This document shows, one piece after another, positions 10,580 through 21,515 of a stretch of 64,000 nucleotides of DNA; position 1 is the stretch's first letter, and each line of letters opens with the position of its first letter. Location of the stretch: NCBI GenBank assembly GCA_963845065.1, contig CAWJQQ010000009.1, positions 800,001 through 864,000 on the forward strand, read 5' to 3'. The translations under genes were made by a program, and so were the position numbers. The notes below the pieces were generated by a model. It was not told the DNA's origin, ran no database searches, and worked only from the letters and a program-made list of their open reading frames with translations. Source of the DNA: Nitrospirota bacterium. GTDB lineage: Bacteria > Nitrospirota > UBA9217.

Positions 10580-10695
10580 GTGGCTTAGCGAGGAAGTTCA
10601 CCTATTCAAAGTTGTGTATCCACAAGGACCTCGGCATCAGTCGTTGGGTAACTGAAACGACCGGAAATAAACAAAAGAAGGATGACAATACTATT

Positions 10696-10854
10696 ATGAA
10701 AATAATGAGACTGATGATAATCGGGTTTATGTTAGTCGTATCCAGCGGTTGTTTTTTTGTACCCGTGGACCATGACCATCGAGATCATGTAGAACATGAT
10801 CATGGAGATCGTGGAGAGCATGGAGATCATGGAGAGCATGGAGATTACCATTAA
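10696..10854 (+). CDS. Small His-rich lipoprotein
   Basis: Lipobox-like VSSGC followed by H-G-[D/E] repeats. Confidence 0.65.
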   Translation: MKIMRLMIIGFMLVVSSGCFFVPVDHDHRDHVEHDHGDRGEHGDHGEHGDYH

Positions 10855-11059
10855 AGTGCTGCCGGTTAGATAAAGTTCGATTAACGAAAATATGCGAGGA
10901 TACCCGTGTCTTGGACACGAGTTTAGATGACATCCTTGTCAGGAGTTAATAGGTATCTGGGGTCTACCCTGTAGAGCAAATATCTTCTTGCTGTGCTAAG
11001 GTGTCAGGCGTCTTAACATGGAGATCTTGACTCCGATGTTTAATCTCGTGCTAATATGG

Positions 11060-11342
11060 TTGGCTTGGTTTCTGGCTGTTCTGAACATCTTGGCGTGAAG
11101 TTTGCTTTTCTTCTTTTTAATCGCTGTGCGCCATTTTTCAGACCGACGTATCGCAGCAAGACGTTTCAGCGCTTCGCCAAGGCAGGCATTATACAGATGG
11201 TGGCCAACCTCAAGCCGAATATCAAGTATTCGGTTGTCTGTGTTGGGCAATAGAGATGAACATTTGTCTGGCAATTGTCGAGAAGTTAAGTTCCCGCATT
11301 CATCCCCATGGTTAAAACCAGGGGCTTTCTGCGGGTGATTTG
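11060..11342 (-). mobile_element. tnpB: IS605-family relic: left end plus 5' fragment of tnpB
   Basis: Left-end hairpin nearly identical to 19962-20016; the peptide [12 protein letters not shown]...RRSEKW matches the N-terminus of 18370..19905. Confidence 0.85.
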
Positions 11343-11437
11343 GTAAATAGTTAACCTGATATTCATGCCTACATTCAGGACTCGACGCTTGAACCGGCAG
11401 TGAAGCTGAACTATGATGTTTCTGCTGTTATCATTAA

Positions 11438-13816
11438 CTATTGCACCTGCCTTATCGTATTATTTACTGTATCCGACACGAAAAGGTTTGTGCCGTCCGT
11501 AGTGACGCCTTCAGGCCAATTAAATCTTGCCGCAGCGCCTTTGCCATCTGTATAGCCTTTTGCTGAGCCTGCAATGGTGGTAACTTGCCCTGTTGCGATC
11601 ACGATTTGCCGTATTGTATTGTTTACAGTATCCGTTACGTAAAGGTTTGTGCCGTCTGTGGTGATGCCCCTGGGATTTTGAAATCTGGCCGCAGAGCCCA
11701 TGCCATCCGCCAAGCCCGCTATTCCCGGTCTGCCTGCAAGGGTAGTCACTTGCCCAGTTGTGATTACGATTTGTCTAATGGTATCGTTCCCACTGTCCGC
11801 CACGTAGAGATTTGCGCCGTCCGTGGTGATGCCATAGGGCCCATAAAATCGCGCCAGAGAACCTGTGCCATCTGTGGAAAGCGCCGATCCTGATGTGCCT
11901 GCTATGCCCGCAAGGGTGGTCACTTGCCCAGTTGCGATCACGATCTGCCGTATGGTATCGTTTCCACTGTCCGTCACATAGAGGTTTATACCATCCGTAG
12001 TGATGCCCAGGGGACTCCAAAAACTTGCCGCAGCGCCAGTGTAGTCCCCGGAGCCCTGTACTCCTGCTGTGCCCGCAAGTGTGCTCACCGTTCCCGTTGA
12101 GATTACGATCTGCCGGATGGTATTATTCCCAGAATCCGTCACGTAGAGGTTTGTTCCGTCCGTGGTGATGCCATTGGGCTCATAAAAGCTTGCCACAGTG
12201 CCTGCGCCGTCCGTGGAACCCACTGTTTCTACTGTGCCTGCAAGGGAGGTCACTTTCCCTGTTGCGATCACGATCTGCCGGACAGTATCGTTACTGGCAT
12301 CCGCCACGTAGAGGTTCGTGCCATCCGTGGCGATGCCCACGGGATTCCAAAAGTTTGCCGATGTACCTATGCCATCCGTGGAGCCTATATTCGCAGCTCC
12401 TGCAAGTGTGGTCACTTGTCCTGTTGTAATTAAAATCTTCCGGATGGTATCGTTCCCAGTATCCGTTACGTAGAGATATGTGCCATCCGTGGTTATGCCT
12501 TCAGGCCAATTAAATTTCGCTGTAGCGCCAGTGCCGTCCGTGGAACCTGCTGCCTCTGCTGTACCCGCAAGGGTGGTTACTTGGCCCGTTGCGATCACAA
12601 TTTGGCGGATCGTATCGTTATATGTATCCGTCACGTAGAGGTTTGTGCCGTTCGTGGTGATGCCCTTGGGATTTTGAAATCCTGCTGCAGCGCCTGTCCC
12701 GTCCGTAGAACCTGGTGTTTGTCCTGTGCCTGCAAGGATGGTCACTTGCCCAGTCGCAATCACAATCTGGCGGATCGTATCGTTATACATATCTGTCACG
12801 TAGAGGTTTTTACCATCCGTGGTGATGCCTTCAGGGGAATTAAAACTAGCCGAAAGACCTGTGCCGTTAATGGAACCAACTACTCCTGCTGCACCTGCAA
12901 GGGTCGTAACTTGGCCTGTTGCGATCACGATCTGCCGGACGGTATTGTTCCCAGCATCCGCCACGTAGAGGTTTGTCCCGTCCGTGGTGATTCCTGATGG
13001 AGAATTAAAGCTCGCCGTCGAGCCTATGCCATCCGTGGAACCCGCTACTCCTGCTGTGCCTGCGAGGGTGGTAACTTGCCCTGTTGCGATCACGATTTGT
13101 CGGATGGTATTGTTCCCAGCATCCGCTATGTAGAGGTTTGCCCCGTACGTGATGATGCCAATGGGCCCAGAAAAGCTCGCCGCTGCGCCTATGCCGTCCG
13201 TGGAACCTGTTACTCCTGGTGAGCCTGCAAGGGTGGTAACTTGCCCCGTTGCGATCGCGATTTGCCGGATGGTATTGTTCCCGGTATCAGCCACGTAGAG
13301 ATTTGTACTGTCCGTGGTTATGCTTACGGGCATCCAAAATCGAGCGTTAGCGCCGATTGCGTCGATGGAACCTGGTGCCACACCCGCAAAGGTGGAAAGA
13401 TTTTCTGCGAGGACGAGTTTACTGCCCTGTACAGCCCCGCCTGTCAGGTGCGGATAAACTGAAATTGTCAATACGGTCGAAGCGCTTACATTCGTTGCAG
13501 AATCCGTGGCCGTGATTATTGTAGAACCAGTCCCTACTGAGGTAACCCGACCCTGAAAGTTAAATGTATTGCTTATCGTGGCAACGCTGGTATTGGAAGA
13601 ACTCCACGTTACGGACGCGGTCACGTCACCGGTCGTTGCGTTCGCGTAGGTCCCCATTGCGATAAACTGCTGGGGCATTCCCAATGCGATGGTCTGCTGT
13701 ACCGGCGTAACGCTGATTGAAACCAGCGTCGGGCCAGACGAGCGGTGCCCCATGCATGCCGCGAACGATACGGCAAGAAATATAATCGCTATTGCCATCC
13801 TGAATGCATACTTCAT
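11438..13816 (-). CDS. Lipoprotein with an Ig-like (Big_2) domain and about 12 NHL-type beta-propeller repeats
   Basis: Lipobox FAAC; Big_2 motif VTWSSSNTSVATI; ~55-aa repeats GITTDGTNLYVxDxxNxTIRQIVIATGQVTTLAG. Confidence 0.85.
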   Translation of the reverse strand: MKYAFRMAIAIIFLAVSFAACMGHRSSGPTLVSISVTPVQQTIALGMPQQFIAMGTYANATTGDVTASVTWSSSNTSVATISNTFNFQGRVTSVGTGSTIITATDSATNVSASTVLTISVYPHLTGGAVQGSKLVLAENLSTFAGVAPGSIDAIGANARFWMPVSITTDSTNLYVADTGNNTIRQIAIATGQVTTLAGSPGVTGSTDGIGAAASFSGPIGIITYGANLYIADAGNNTIRQIVIATGQVTTLAGTAGVAGSTDGIGSTASFNSPSGITTDGTNLYVADAGNNTVRQIVIATGQVTTLAGAAGVVGSINGTGLSASFNSPEGITTDGKNLYVTDMYNDTIRQIVIATGQVTILAGTGQTPGSTDGTGAAAGFQNPKGITTNGTNLYVTDTYNDTIRQIVIATGQVTTLAGTAEAAGSTDGTGATAKFNWPEGITTDGTYLYVTDTGNDTIRKILITTGQVTTLAGAANIGSTDGIGTSANFWNPVGIATDGTNLYVADASNDTVRQIVIATGKVTSLAGTVETVGSTDGAGTVASFYEPNGITTDGTNLYVTDSGNNTIRQIVISTGTVSTLAGTAGVQGSGDYTGAAASFWSPLGITTDGINLYVTDSGNDTIRQIVIATGQVTTLAGIAGTSGSALSTDGTGSLARFYGPYGITTDGANLYVADSGNDTIRQIVITTGQVTTLAGRPGIAGLADGMGSAARFQNPRGITTDGTNLYVTDTVNNTIRQIVIATGQVTTIAGSAKGYTDGKGAAARFNWPEGVTTDGTNLFVSDTVNNTIRQVQ

Positions 13817-14399
13817 ATCAACCTCTCTTTTAAAGAGCTGGCACACCTCTTCACTGTCGGTGATGTCCTAATCAGTAATCCTGCGTAGTGTCTTATTCTA
13901 TCCCAACTTGACATCATTCGCATCTCCTTCATGATCCTCTTCGACTGAATCCAGTCAATTCCCATCCGGTACACAGTCAAATCAGAAACTTATACACGTC
14001 TTTAACACCTTTCACAATCGGTACATTGGTTTTCTGATTTATCGATTAATGTGCCAATGAAATCATCGGAGGGATAACAAGGACTTTGCTGATCCTTCCC
14101 AATCTATTCCACTATGCCAGTGATTTCGTTCTTTATATCTTTGCCTTTGCAGATTCTCGATATTTAGCTTTCCATACTGGCGAGAATAGCAAATGGCATA
14201 TTATTGCTAAACGGGAGGCCAGTCAAGAATTTATTGCGATTGATAGCACGAATACGAGATGAAATATGTACATAGTCTAAACGTATGCACGATGCATGCT
14301 TCAGCCAACTATGTGCTCGCCAATGATGCAGGGTAACGCTGTCGATGAGATAGCATGGCCAAAAGGATCCGGATGAGCTTGTGCATCGTTGCCACAACT

Positions 14400-15274
14400 G
14401 ACTTCTTAAAGGCTAACCCAGATTGTTTCTTCTTTTGTTAAGACGCTCGGATGTTATTATTGAGGATAGCCTCACCGTCATGAACCAGATCTCACGTTGA
14501 AGATGCTTGTACCCTCGTTTCGAGATATTACTCTTCCCACCGTATTTGACGGTGATATACCGTTGGTTCAATTCCTGCGGGCAATCAGGTGCTTGGCATC
14601 TCGTAATTCTCGATTTTTACCTGCCTCGCCTGGAAAAGTGGCCCCGGATTCATTACTGATGCCTTGTACGGATGTTACGATCTGCAGATATCCCACCGTC
14701 AGGGAATTACAGCAGCCTGTGAGCATTGCCATTAGCGCGTCTCGCCGGTCTTCCAGATGGAGCAGCATCAATATCTTGCCCCGCAGGAAGATTTATTTGG
14801 ACAGGCTGACTATACCCACCGAGTTTTTGGATAGATTGATGATATCGTTCACTGAGCCGCGCGGCTTTCTGGTTTTTGCTATTAATGCGTCTGGGCCAAA
14901 TTGCTCAAGCTTGCCGAGGGGAACTCCTTTAGAAATTTAAGCATGATGCATGAATAGATTGCTACAGAGGCGCTCGAGCTCAGGGTAGATTGTCTGCAAG
15001 ACCAGCTTGGTCTCAGTCACCGCGGCTAGTATATCATAGCTTTTATCCTCTGACTCCTCTTTTTTTCGTTATCCGGTAAGGAGATATAGCAGCTAATCTT
15101 GTTGATACGCTTAAGGTGTAAGTCGTTGCTGTTGGAATCTATGGACTTTAGGTTGTGGTGGATGTCAACCTTGGAAATGCCCAGGCCAACGAATCGATAC
15201 ACCTGAGAACGGCGAATCTCTTTCTTAAATTGACAAAACTCACCAAGCCTGATACCATCTACCTTATTATCCAT
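14400..15274 (-). pseudogene. Degraded IS110-family transposase
   Basis: Fragments in several frames: MDNKVDGIRL.EF.QFKKEIR...VGLGISK; IVTSVQGIS...ATF; GIEPTVY; SNISKRGYKHLQREIW. Confidence 0.65.
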
Positions 15275-15436
15275 ACGAAACCTCCTGTTAAAAGAAATGA
15301 GTTCCCTATATGAACACATTCTTAGCAGGAGGTTTCTATTTTGGATTGATTATAAATAATTATATTTCAGCTATACTGATTTATTTATCTATTCCTTTAA
15401 TAATATATGACGAATTCTCTTGCAAGGAGTTGCATT

Positions 15437-16753
15437 ATGAGGAGATTGGTGAGCGCATCAGTGGTAGTTTTAATACTGGCAGCAATGCTGTCGGCATGCG
15501 GTAGATCAGGAGGTAGCATCGCGGGTACTTTTACTGTAACCTATAACGGCAACGACAATACCGGCGGCAGCGTCCCTATTGATCCGACCATCTACGTGCC
15601 GGGGCAGACCGTCACCGTGCTCGGCAATACAGGCAACCTTGTAAATACAGGCTATTCCTTTGTGGGCTGGAACAGGCTGGTTAACGGAGCCGGAGCGAAC
15701 TATACACAGGGACAGAATTTCACGATAGGTGCGGCAAATGTTACCTTGTACGCGAATTGGCTCGCTGGTTTTGCATATGTGGCCAACTACGATAACAACA
15801 ACGTCTCGCAGTACATGATCGGCATGAATGGGGTGCTCACACCCATAAGTCCTGCCACTGTCGCGGCGGGGACGAATCCCTCATCCGTCACGGTAGACCC
15901 CTCGGGCACGTATGCTTATGTGGCAAACTTTGGAGACAATACTGTATCGCAGTACACAATCGGCGTGAATGGGGTGCTCATACCCATGAGCCCGGCCACG
16001 GTTGCTGCGGGGACGAATCCCTCATCCGTCACAGTAGACCCCTCAGACAAGTACGCCTACGTGGCAAACTCTGGGGATAATACTGTATCGCAATACACAA
16101 TCGGTGTGAATGGGGTGCTCACACTCATGAGCCCGGCCACGGTCGCAGCGGGGACGGATCCCTCATCCGTCACGGTAGACCCCTCAGACAAGTACGCCTA
16201 CGTGGCGAACAACGAAAGCAACACTGTATCGCAGTACACTATTGCTGCGAACGGGGTTCTCACACCCATGAGCCCGGCCACGGTCGCGGCGGGGACATTT
16301 CCCATTTCTGTCACGGTCGACCCTTCGGGCAAGTACGCCTACGTGGCGAACTTGTTAGACAGCACTGTCTCGCAGTATACAATCGGCGCGAATGGAACGC
16401 TTACACCGATGAGCTCGGCCACGGTCGCAGCGGGGACGGATCCTTCCTCCGTCACGGTAGACCCCTCAGACAAGTACGTTTATGTGGCGAACTACGACGG
16501 CACTGTCTCGCAGTATACGATCAACGCGAATGGGGTGCTCAATCCCATGAGCACACCTATGGTCGCGGCGGGGTTGGGTCCCTACTCCGTCACAGTCGAC
16601 CCCTCAGGTAGGTTCGCCTACGTGGCGAACGCAGTCAGCAGCAACGTCTCGATGTACATGATCGGTGCAAATGGGGCGCTCATACTCATAAGCCCAGCAA
16701 CGGTCGCTGCGGGGACGGGTCCCTACTCCGTCACCACCGTAGGCAGGCAATAG
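15437..16753 (+). CDS. Lipoprotein with InlB B-repeat domain and lactonase-like 7-bladed beta-propeller
   Basis: Lipobox LSAC; VTYNGN..GYSFVGWN..VTLYANW; seven ~47-aa repeats PSSVTVDPSxKYAYVAN. Confidence 0.85.
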   Translation: MRRLVSASVVVLILAAMLSACGRSGGSIAGTFTVTYNGNDNTGGSVPIDPTIYVPGQTVTVLGNTGNLVNTGYSFVGWNRLVNGAGANYTQGQNFTIGAANVTLYANWLAGFAYVANYDNNNVSQYMIGMNGVLTPISPATVAAGTNPSSVTVDPSGTYAYVANFGDNTVSQYTIGVNGVLIPMSPATVAAGTNPSSVTVDPSDKYAYVANSGDNTVSQYTIGVNGVLTLMSPATVAAGTDPSSVTVDPSDKYAYVANNESNTVSQYTIAANGVLTPMSPATVAAGTFPISVTVDPSGKYAYVANLLDSTVSQYTIGANGTLTPMSSATVAAGTDPSSVTVDPSDKYVYVANYDGTVSQYTINANGVLNPMSTPMVAAGLGPYSVTVDPSGRFAYVANAVSSNVSMYMIGANGALILISPATVAAGTGPYSVTTVGRQ

Positions 16754-16859
16754 ACAACGCATGGCCCGGCTGGCGTTCTGTGGCGTCGGGGCCACTAGAC
16801 AAACTTCGGGGTATTTGGGAGCAAGGCCTGTTCTCTTTTTGTCGGGTTCTTTCCCTGTG

Positions 16860-17117
16860 GAATATTTGTCCCGGGTGAAGACTGCTAATTCGTTTTTAAA
16901 ATATTGCTGTTGCCAGGGATAGAAGATCTGCTGCTGTAACTTGTACTTATCACACTCAAGCCTGAGGCCGACACCCGTTTGACCAGGTATCGTAAGATGG
17001 ATCAAAATCTTCTTCTCGGGTGTGTAATTGAAATACTTTTTGCGCATGGATTCTCTCCCTTTCGAAATAGTGGTGTATATCAAATCGGCTAAAAGTCCAA
17101 TTCACCCTGAGCTAACA
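16860..17117 (-). pseudogene. IS3-family OrfA relic with left inverted repeat
   Basis: TG-starting IR-like TGTTAGCTCAGGGTGAATTGGAC; peptide MRKKYFNYTPEKK...CDKYKLQ..IFYPWQQQYFKN. Confidence 0.6.
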
Positions 17118-17554
17118 GATTGTTTGGTCAAACTTATCACTGCCCTGGCTCAATCCAGCCAACTACGTTTATTTTCGACAGAGTAAGAATAAGTGGTCTT
17201 AAAAATTAACGTTTCGTAGGTTGGGTAAAACTATGCGAAACCCGACAGTATAAACCTGACTCTTTAGGTCGTGTGGTTACTGGAAAGGGCGAAGTCGAGG
17301 ATGTTGCAACAAGCAACAATGGGTTGAATCTATCCTGCAAGCATCGGTATCAAATCCGATAGACACCGGAAGTGGTCAGCTATCTTTCCTAGCGGCAACA
17401 CCAGCGAACTTTTTTGCCACGGAAGTGCGGTTGCCAATCTCGCCATATAACGATGAGATGCATACGTACCAAAACAAAAAGATGTTTGGAACTGATATCT
17501 TCGCCATGCCTCAGTGAAAGAAATTGAATCCCTGTGGTGACAGAATCTATGTAT

Positions 17555-18316
17555 TTATCGCACAAAATAGACGAAGGCGACTATAAGGCCTATCGCAATT
17601 ACGATCCTTCGTAGGACGATGGGTTTTATCCTCCCGGCGAGACGACCGCCGAGCGTCCCTCCACCAAGGGCGCCGATCGCCATGGCAAGTGCTGCTAGCC
17701 AATAAACCTGACCGGAGAAAAGGAAGAATACAGCAGCGGCGATATTAATGCTGAACGAGATGGCTTGTTTCAAGGCGTTCAGACGGTTAAGGGAATCTTC
17801 GATCACTAGCCCGATAACAGCCAAGACCATGATGCTCACTCCCGCTCCGAAATAACCGCCGTAAATTGATGCGGGGATCACGGGTAAGATTGCCCATGCC
17901 GCGCTCAAATGCTTTCCTCCCGGATTGCTTTTACGACCCATGACCCAAGTTCGTAACCGATCCTGAAAGGCCAGCAGAATTACAGCAAACAATATAAGGT
18001 AGGGTATCAATTTCTGAAACGTCTTATCACTCGTATGCAAGAGCAGGATGCCACCTGCAATTCCTCCGAGCAGGCCCGTAGGCAGGAGGTATAAGAGCGT
18101 CCTCTTCTGATTGCGCAGGTCCTTCATTTGGGCGAGGGTCGCGCCGAGATAACCAGGGCAAAGCGCAACCGTGTTGGTCACATTCGCAGCAACAGGTGGG
18201 ATACCGACCGCAGTTAGCATTGGGAAGGTGATGAGCGTACCGCCGCCGGCCAGCGCGTTTACAAGCCCGCCTGCAATAGCAGCTAGTTCTATCATTGTGA
18301 ATTCGAACATGTCCAC
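17555..18316 (-). CDS. Sulfite exporter TauE/SafE family membrane protein
   Basis: [21 protein letters not shown] and YGGYFGAG motifs; multiple TM helices. Confidence 0.88.
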   Translation of the reverse strand: MDMFEFTMIELAAIAGGLVNALAGGGTLITFPMLTAVGIPPVAANVTNTVALCPGYLGATLAQMKDLRNQKRTLLYLLPTGLLGGIAGGILLLHTSDKTFQKLIPYLILFAVILLAFQDRLRTWVMGRKSNPGGKHLSAAWAILPVIPASIYGGYFGAGVSIMVLAVIGLVIEDSLNRLNALKQAISFSINIAAAVFFLFSGQVYWLAALAMAIGALGGGTLGGRLAGRIKPIVLRRIVIAIGLIVAFVYFVR

Positions 18317-18352
18317 GTCGTACAAACCTCTTTTCGTTGTATAACTAGCGGC

Positions 18353-20016
18353 CTGACCACTCCCCATGTCTAAAGCCAGGGGGTTCTAGCGGCTGTACCG
18401 ACAGGCTCTCCGGCAACAATACGAACGTTGTCGGCCTCGACTGTCGTTGATCCGCCTTTAACGGACGAGCAGCTCTGTCTCCGGTTCGTGGTGTTCTCGT
18501 GCTTGATACCGAAGCTGGTTGGATGAATTCGACCCTTTGCCGCTTCATGCTGCACCCCCAACACCGCCCGTTCCAGGAGCAGGTTTGCACCCGGCCAGGC
18601 TTTGGCAGCCTGACGCGTGTCGAGGACATCGTTAGAAACATGCTTTGCAAGGAATGCGGAATAGAGATCACGCTGGGTGCTTACCCCGCAGTTGCAGGCA
18701 TGCCATCTTTGGGACAATGATTTTTTGGCTACTGTTCCGCAATGGCATGTCTGGGAAAGCTTTGTGCTCCGGGTAGAAAACTCGGTTACTTTACCGCCAG
18801 CGTTTTCGGCTTTGTGGTGAAGCATCAACATAAACATCCCCGGAGCTCGTCGCGAAATACTCTTACCATAGAGTTTCTGAAATGCTTTGTACGACAGTTT
18901 CTCGGTTTTGATGTCGGTACCGAGAGTGAGGACTTTGTTCACGAGCTTGCCATGAGACCGTTTTCTGGTTTCAGCAAGGATTCTTTGAAGTTCGGCGAGC
19001 TTAGCTTTAAGAACACGGTATTGAGCAGAAAAGACCCACTGTTTTTTACCCGTTTTGATGGTTTTGTCTCCGTTGTAGTTGCCCGGGTTGGTAGCACGAA
19101 GGCTTCTGGCCATTTTGCGCTGGACGGTCTTGATACGTTTAAACGGTATCTCGACTTCAGGGCAGAATTCGAGTAGTAACGCATCGGTATCACCAACGAT
19201 GGCAACTGTCGACGGGCCAATGTCAAGGCCAACGGTTTCGGTGCCAATCTGGTTCTCACGCTTGATCTTGGCCGTGCCTTTAAGCACAAGTTGGGCAAAC
19301 CAGCGGGGATTGCCGCGGATAGTTTTCTTGACCAGACGAACGTACTTGACATCATGGCTAAGTGCATGAGCCTGAACGCCAAACTTGTCTTTCTTGTCGA
19401 AGACACAGTTGAGACGAAGGCCAGTCCACTCCACATGGTCATCGCACCACCGAATACCAGATTTGTTGTTTTTACCTTCAAGGGACGACATCCAGCCATG
19501 GCGCTTGAAACGTGGTTTGCCATGCTTCCCAAACTCGTAGTCAGCGACGGCGCTATATGCTCGAGATGCTATCTTCTGGGCGGTCAGGCTGTCAATATGG
19601 TCTCCGATCCAGCAGGAATTGCGGAGGATACCGACGTAGTTATGAAGGTGGTATTCAGTATATTCAGCCTGGGTTCTGGCTGTCTTAAACATCTTGGTGC
19701 GAAGCTTGCTTTTCTTCTTCGTGATCGCCACGAGCCATTTTTCTGATCGCCGCATGGCAGTAAGACGCTTCATCGCTTCACCAAGGCAGGCATTGTACAG
19801 ATAACGGCCAGCTTCGAGCCGGGCATCGAGCATTCGATTGTCCTTTGGAGTCGCTACGAGTTGAAACTCGTGGGTAAAAGATGGGGTTTTAGGTTTATTC
19901 GGCATTGGTTGTTTAAATATACCACATAGATGTACATTTGTCTTCTAATTGCCGGAAAACAAAGTTCCCGCATTCATCCCCATGGTTAAAACCAGGGGCT
20001 TTCTGCGGATAGTTTG
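18353..20016 (-). mobile_element. Intact TnpB-only IS200/IS605 element (IS1341-like)
   Basis: Left end AAAG+CCCCTGGTTTTAACCATGGGG follows target TTAC; right end GAAC+CCCTGGCTTTAGACATGGGG..TCAG; no tnpA. Confidence 0.85.
18370..19905 (-). CDS. tnpB: RNA-guided endonuclease TnpB (511 aa)
   Basis: RuvC triad GLDIG / KTEKL / QRDLYSA; zinc finger CHC..CNC; GKPRFK. Confidence 0.92.
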   Translation of the reverse strand: MPNKPKTPSFTHEFQLVATPKDNRMLDARLEAGRYLYNACLGEAMKRLTAMRRSEKWLVAITKKKSKLRTKMFKTARTQAEYTEYHLHNYVGILRNSCWIGDHIDSLTAQKIASRAYSAVADYEFGKHGKPRFKRHGWMSSLEGKNNKSGIRWCDDHVEWTGLRLNCVFDKKDKFGVQAHALSHDVKYVRLVKKTIRGNPRWFAQLVLKGTAKIKRENQIGTETVGLDIGPSTVAIVGDTDALLLEFCPEVEIPFKRIKTVQRKMARSLRATNPGNYNGDKTIKTGKKQWVFSAQYRVLKAKLAELQRILAETRKRSHGKLVNKVLTLGTDIKTEKLSYKAFQKLYGKSISRRAPGMFMLMLHHKAENAGGKVTEFSTRSTKLSQTCHCGTVAKKSLSQRWHACNCGVSTQRDLYSAFLAKHVSNDVLDTRQAAKAWPGANLLLERAVLGVQHEAAKGRIHPTSFGIKHENTTNRRQSCSSVKGGSTTVEADNVRIVAGEPVGTAARTPWL

Positions 20017-20318
20017 GTAAATTAAAACTGACTTAACCTATTGATATAACAATGCATGGTTAATGGAATTATCGCAACTTGTTAGTCTATCGGCGATGTG
20101 TTACTCCCGTCAGTAAATCCGAATTCATTGATCGAAGCTTTTGCAATCTCCAAACCCTGTATTTATCCATGACGATAGGATAAACAAACGAACATTGATT
20201 TATTAAATTCGAGTCGAAATCTGAAATATTTTTGAAGAATGAATGCTTCAACGACTTCAGGAAACAAGTCTTGGGACTCAAAGTGATACATTAATACAGC
20301 CACTCAAATTATTATGAG

Positions 20319-21317
20319 CTATTTTGATCGAAGGTTTTTAATGGCACGTTCTGCCCATGTGCTATCTTGAAGGATAGCTCTTCCTACTCCAATCAGGTCT
20401 GCTTTCTTCTCTACCAATAATTTCTCTGCAGCTTCAACATCGGTAATCCCACCGGTAAGGATCACGGGAATGGAAGCAGTCCGCTTTATGGCCTCGCTGA
20501 GGGGAGCAAAATAACCTTGCCCCATAAGACCTGGAGGAGTATATCCGACAAATCCACCTGAAATATGAATTATATCCACACCTGTCTTTTCAAATGCCTG
20601 GGCGGCTATAATGCTGTCTTCAATTGTAGTGCCGCCTTTTGTATAATCCGAAGCCCCTAACCGCATTTGAATTGGGAAATCCGACCCGACTGCCGAGCGT
20701 ATTGCCCGGATTACCTGGAGGTGAATACGAATGCGGTTGGAAATATCTCCACCGTATTCGTCTGTCCGTTTGTTTGTCAGGGGCGAAAAGAACTGATTGA
20801 GAAGGTAACCATGAGCGGAATGTATTTCCACGGCGTCAAAGCCTGAGTCCCTGACTCTGCAGCTAGCATCTTTAAAGGCATTCACCATATCGGCGATTTC
20901 CTTCTGAGTGATCTCGCGGGGGATGTCGCCTCGCCTCGGGTTCGCTATTGCTGAAGGCGCCAGGGGTGTCGTTCCGGTGACCTCTTTTAGTGCCGCACTT
21001 CCTGCGTGGTTGATCTGAATTGCAGCCTTTGATCCATTTCGGTGAATGACATCAGCTAATTTCCGCAAACCAGGGATCACTACGTCATTCGAAACAGAAA
21101 TCTGATTATTACTTGCCTTTCCTTCAGAAGCTATGTAGCTGTGTTCAATGATAATCAATGAAATATAGCCGCCACGGGACTTTTCGTCGTAATAGTCGAG
21201 AAGCGCATGGCTTACTTTCCCGTCAGGCTCGGCTTTTGCTGTAGCCATCGGTGGCATTACCAGCCGATTTGCTAAGTTCATTGAACGCACTTTTAAAGGT
21301 TTGAGTAGATATGCCAT
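20319..21317 (-). CDS. NADH:flavin oxidoreductase (Old Yellow Enzyme family)
   Basis: NRLVMPPM, QINHAG, EIHSAHGYLLNQFFSP and NKRTDEYGG motifs. Confidence 0.92.
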   Translation of the reverse strand: MAYLLKPLKVRSMNLANRLVMPPMATAKAEPDGKVSHALLDYYDEKSRGGYISLIIIEHSYIASEGKASNNQISVSNDVVIPGLRKLADVIHRNGSKAAIQINHAGSAALKEVTGTTPLAPSAIANPRRGDIPREITQKEIADMVNAFKDASCRVRDSGFDAVEIHSAHGYLLNQFFSPLTNKRTDEYGGDISNRIRIHLQVIRAIRSAVGSDFPIQMRLGASDYTKGGTTIEDSIIAAQAFEKTGVDIIHISGGFVGYTPPGLMGQGYFAPLSEAIKRTASIPVILTGGITDVEAAEKLLVEKKADLIGVGRAILQDSTWAERAIKNLRSK

Positions 21318-21458
21318 AGATTAATTAGCCTCCAGGCAGAACCGCCCAGTTGTGTATTTAAGTCCCAGTTTTTCAACTTTTTGCTACTAAAGCACAGTGC
21401 TGTGTCGTTGTCCAGTGCGCCAAAGACAAGTGTTAAGAAAAATATTAGCCATACAATT

Positions 21459-21501
21459 AAAAAAGGCCAACTAGGGGTGGGCCGATGCCCCTTTGTCGGT
21501 T
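21459..21501 (-). terminator. Probable intrinsic terminator
   Basis: Imperfect GC hairpin followed by a U-run on the minus strand just after the 21516 stop codon. Confidence 0.5.
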
Positions 21502-21515
21502 GATGCCGTATCTAG

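Noticed and set aside
17217..17250. REP-like GTAG hairpin (similar weak ones near 42930-43050 and 48262-48282)
   Set aside because: Isolated and degenerate; no cluster or RAYT gene in the window.
18317..18367. N-terminal extension of TauE in the ORF track
   Set aside because: It begins inside the IS right end; an RBS supports a start at 18316 or 18310.
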